From positions 1-38,757 of IMG/VR virus record IMGVR_UViG_3300017780_008313: a DNA stretch of 38,757 nt; one strand, 5' to 3'. The position numbers were made by a program, and so were the translations under genes. This document shows positions 37,701 through 38,757 of the stretch, piece after piece (the stretch's first letter is position 1; each line of letters starts with the position of its first letter). Under the pieces are notes generated by a model, which ran no database searches, was not told the DNA's origin, and saw only the letters and a list, made by a program, of their open reading frames with translations. The DNA is from a virus (lineage: Duplodnaviria; Caudoviricetes).

Positions 37701-37913
37701 TGCACTAGCACCGAAAGCAATAACTCTAGCATTTGATGCATCTAGTGATTTTTGAAATTCATTAGAAGCGCCAGTAATTCGGCCTAAAGGTTGAGTAAAG
37801 GCCTTTTCATTCAATCCTTTGAATTTAAAATCACGCGCTAACGCGCTCTGAATATCTCTTTCGAGCTGTCTTGTGTCTGCACCTACTGAAATTGTAGCTG
37901 AGGTCCTAGCCAT
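31728..37913 (-). CDS. Tail tape measure protein (TP901-like core) with extra internal domains
   Basis: 2061 aa; core VARAATEFSRQG, DLAEAIKRVG, GAVIGNSLKTIFTRI; C-terminal GG...DDVPAML.GGE.V modules. Confidence 0.9.
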   Translation of the reverse strand: MARTSATISVGADTRQLERDIQSALARDFKFKGLNEKAFTQPLGRITGASNEFQKSLDASNARVIAFGASAGLIYGVEKAFSSLIRSTIDVQKSLTDINVILNVSTKSLNTFGSGLFDIAKSTGQSFDSVARAATEFSRQGLGLEATLKRTKDALILTRLSGLDTVASVEALTATINSFSDAALDSTTIINKLANVDAAFAVSSADLAEAIKRVGSSAQDAGVDFDELLAIVTSVQQTTARGGAVIGNSLKTIFTRIQRTDTLDQLEQLGIQVRTLEGSTLPAIQVLSNLASTFGTLGDSQRAQVAETVGGVFQINILKAALADLGKEYSVYNNALKTSSSATDQAITRNEALNQTLSSLINKTFVNLTKVGSDLGKVSFGPSIENLLNLLNKGLENIDVDGGGIGNKIAKGIFEQIGAFVSGPGIVLLTAVVAKLVFNLGKFAAQSLQVLLNLNTKSEERAAIQAKINQVLSQEPALVQAVYNKEITVLDVENKILGIIRQQTLERQKAASLSSTLTTGLVGKGLSAKGGVLKAKSAGFIPNFASSEILGALAGGYDPGYVRKMNIPGEGSVTYNSAEKVKKFPGMDQPAIMPPQGSKAGKNYQSEFDSVYGFNPYASSGFIPNFSTISPAVQEAIRKALSKGDIRSLSNQTFTSRLTPSELIAVNSTKQTVLTQRGSTNNPTKITKSFNAETLGVLSLRGKSGDVPTSTSLATLPMFSNAVKADPSIGSNMVRFEKVQVRSLDALDKQKPNEFIRLLTEQILPPLANVATQFMGSALGNQGDGVNEVLGKIKNGKSFLPPGAIGDLFETVVKIATKNPGKFIQSVDDDFRRPFDFEEAGAASGQFKSRFGFKSNLIKADAKLTSDSTAIRSIIKKAYNSNIPGLPFTELLSGKIPKTSSRKSKSKGFIPNFSALNDSINREVMAGTSPSRVRIGKDQRLTSASNPLGLGVYNTKDEPLGLGQGVSRAGSKAKTSGAANGFVPNFALAEGAYIALQFVIRAAVAAGLSYGIEKLVAAINSKVEGVKDNEKNKQIVSTVGQSAQFGLGAAAMGGGAKFGGMVALSTLIPGLISAYAATDQTIKDLIDASEENKDKIEEFNSAFSSYSSNLEKLKDENISLGEKQKILSQNNEQLSKILLNTPDNLRESLAKTLSTGDFEKIAEGLSQVQTALQVQSANTQNLANILKITSDKKVTTEESSKLISSILGMQNARGMSLAGSAMSNPKILENFQKNLNESLGNEGINVSNRDLTDAVEKRFGYRTNMDGDRAYANKGRVSPLVAQEIDQKELNRLKSIVAPEVYKEKEKEFQERSQNIILNSVEQLFKDAEISPSMIDSIIQPLRGLPFDETSEQAQALNEALGLLGLTVKKTDKGLEVLLTYRKEDFLRRAGLAGDVSSNVASADAFRKNINVKSLEEYSKEVLDKDMSLNANRIATGRVLDAQQQIYSSILNETERRKVNAKFIEQTSNLQKKGVIDLDKFSLAVQGSQEELVALNQRARGLMFAEDFRGARQAGREKRILGGETKLEDFPASFFDEFDYRVEDSYREAQLGAADTARTIKSEFNNAFLSFANGTETASDAFTKMALNISNRIQQLALEFATNQIFGSLFGSTSGIGGGIGDFLSGLSKSKGGMIKGYSSGGNVTGGSGNKDDVPAMLSGGEYVIRKNAVKKYGPEYLQMLNEGKVQKNFFGGLQPMMMAMAAQASIQGAATNPGFAPMLKGISSVFGKKKDDNDYFKYGGRVQKFAGGGEAQFFGANTYRYNDALYPTAGEDVIDQRLSLQAITDENNPQNAKRKEREAALYDYLNYVQDVMQSNRDALEENIRMNQQIQDEYNNQKSAKSRGAFMGFGLGLLGAAGSQFSSMGGFDLLFAPGSPLGSKEVRRARPVNDVNLRSGYGSTDYTPTQPAPYSGGRLKVGKASGGYIKGFANGGSSGKDDIPALLMGGEFVMRKEAVNNYGKKFFDDLNSGRARKFANGGTVGNSMNQVGEVGTAVSTNNVNITVNVSGGEVASDNMNQNSTSSAQEDNQKRGEDSKALATLIKNQVMEVISQQQRPGGILRR
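34956..36299 (-). repeat. Four GF(I/V)PNF peptide repeats within the tape measure protein
   Basis: Copies at 36282-36299, 36036-36053, 35175-35192 and 34956-34973. Confidence 0.9.
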
Positions 37914-37943
37914 ACCTTATTCCTTTACTATAAGGAATTACAC
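37914..37943 (-). promoter_or_regulatory. GTGTAA motif, hairpin and AAGGA/AAGGT RBS upstream of the tape measure gene
   Basis: The minus strand reads GTGTAATTCCTTATAGTAAAGGAATAAGGT-ATG, containing the 7-bp stem ATTCCTT/AAGGAAT. Confidence 0.6.
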
Positions 37944-37974
37944 GAAATATTATTAATTATGATAGCATTCGCTA

Positions 37975-38757
37975 CTAAGATCCATGCATTTTAATTAAGT
38001 CTTCCATAGTTAAAGTTCCACCTTTTTTCTCAGCTTCTTTATGTAAACTTATGCTATTTTCATCTTTGCCTATTTTAGCTAGATCTTCTTTATTGGCACC
38101 GACTATAGAGGTAGCAATTGTGCCTTCTGTTTTATTTGAGCTACCTTCATTTTTACTTAAGACTTCTTCTGCATTTTTACTGCTTTCTAACCATTCTACA
38201 AGCTTATTTGGATCTTCATAGTATTCGTCTGGTGGTCTATGTTTTGCTTGAGATAATGCATTTTTAAAATATCTAGCATAACCAAATATTTCCATTTGAT
38301 AGAAAGTTAAATCAACTATGCACTTTCCATACATATAATACGGATTATCATCTGATAGATTAAACAAACTAAGATAGTATGGGGATAGTGATATTTTTTT
38401 AAGATTATTTTCAACAAAACTTTTATTAATATTATTATATATTTCAAAAACTTCAGAGAAATCTTTATTTTCTAATTCATCAAATTCCTCTTCAGAAAAG
38501 AATTTATATTTTAAACCCTTATCCTTAAATAAACAATTAAACATGTAATATTCATTAATTTTTTTGTTAGCATAGTCTTCTACAGTAAAGCCTAATAACT
38601 CTTTTCTTTCTGAAACTAAATTAAATAATTTTATATTTTCTTCATTAATTTGTTTGTTTATGTTAGCAATATCATCATTTTTGAATAATTTAGACTTGGT
38701 TTGTTTTAAATTAGAAATATAAGATTTTATCTTTTTAATTTCTTCGTTCTTTTCAAT
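37975..38757 (-). CDS. 5'-truncated protein upstream of the tape measure gene, possibly a tail assembly chaperone
   Basis: The frame stays open from 38544 to the window end. Function is inferred from position only. Confidence 0.55.
   Translation of the reverse strand: MEKNEEIKKIKSYISNLKQTKSKLFKNDDIANINKQINEENIKLFNLVSERKELLGFTVEDYANKKINEYYMFNCLFKDKGLKYKFFSEEEFDELENKDFSEVFEIYNNINKSFVENNLKKISLSPYYLSLFNLSDDNPYYMYGKCIVDLTFYQMEIFGYARYFKNALSQAKHRPPDEYYEDPNKLVEWLESSKNAEEVLSKNEGSSNKTEGTIATSIVGANKEDLAKIGKDENSISLHKEAEKKGGTLTMEDLIKMHGS

Noticed and set aside
37957-37977. Stop-codon reassignment or read-through (the only TAG stop seen is doubled, TAGTAG)
   Set aside because: Recognisable genes are intact under the standard code, and an in-frame TAA follows a few codons later, so no fusion to the TMP is possible.
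1-38757. tRNA, rRNA, introns or clear intrinsic terminators
   Set aside because: Intergenic gaps are all short (about 65 nt or less), and no cloverleaf or GC stem with a U-tract was seen.

Overview
Very AT-rich, densely coded window that reads as part of a large tailed dsDNA phage genome in the standard genetic code; the host cannot be identified from sequence alone. It has four blocks. (1) 1-6950: glycan/nucleotide-sugar genes (HAD phosphatase, TylF-like methyltransferase, cupin, nucleotidyltransferase-kinase fusion, GatZ-like/SnoaL fusion, Gmd, NRS/ER-type epimerase-reductase). (2) 7014-22488: replication and recombination genes (RecA-like, DUF559-like nuclease, DnaB, ThyX, cysteine-free primase, PD-(D/E)XK exonuclease, a Pol III alpha split into separate PHP and core genes around a DnaQ-like exonuclease, a probable Whirly-fold SSB, two glycosyltransferase genes sharing a split GT9, and a Rad52-like protein). 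(3) 23968-31727: a lambda-like M-L-K-I-J tail tip operon. (4) 31728-38757: a convergent 2061-aa tape measure protein and an upstream, truncated probable chaperone. The most interesting signals are a PD-(D/E)XK-like domain bracketed by GF(I/V)PNF repeats inside the tape measure protein, the intein-less split DnaE, the Whirly-like SSB, sigma70-like promoters placed for leaderless transcripts, and a GTGTAA motif (candidate late promoter), one copy of which overlaps an RBS-sequestering hairpin. All family calls come from motif recognition by eye; no searches were run.
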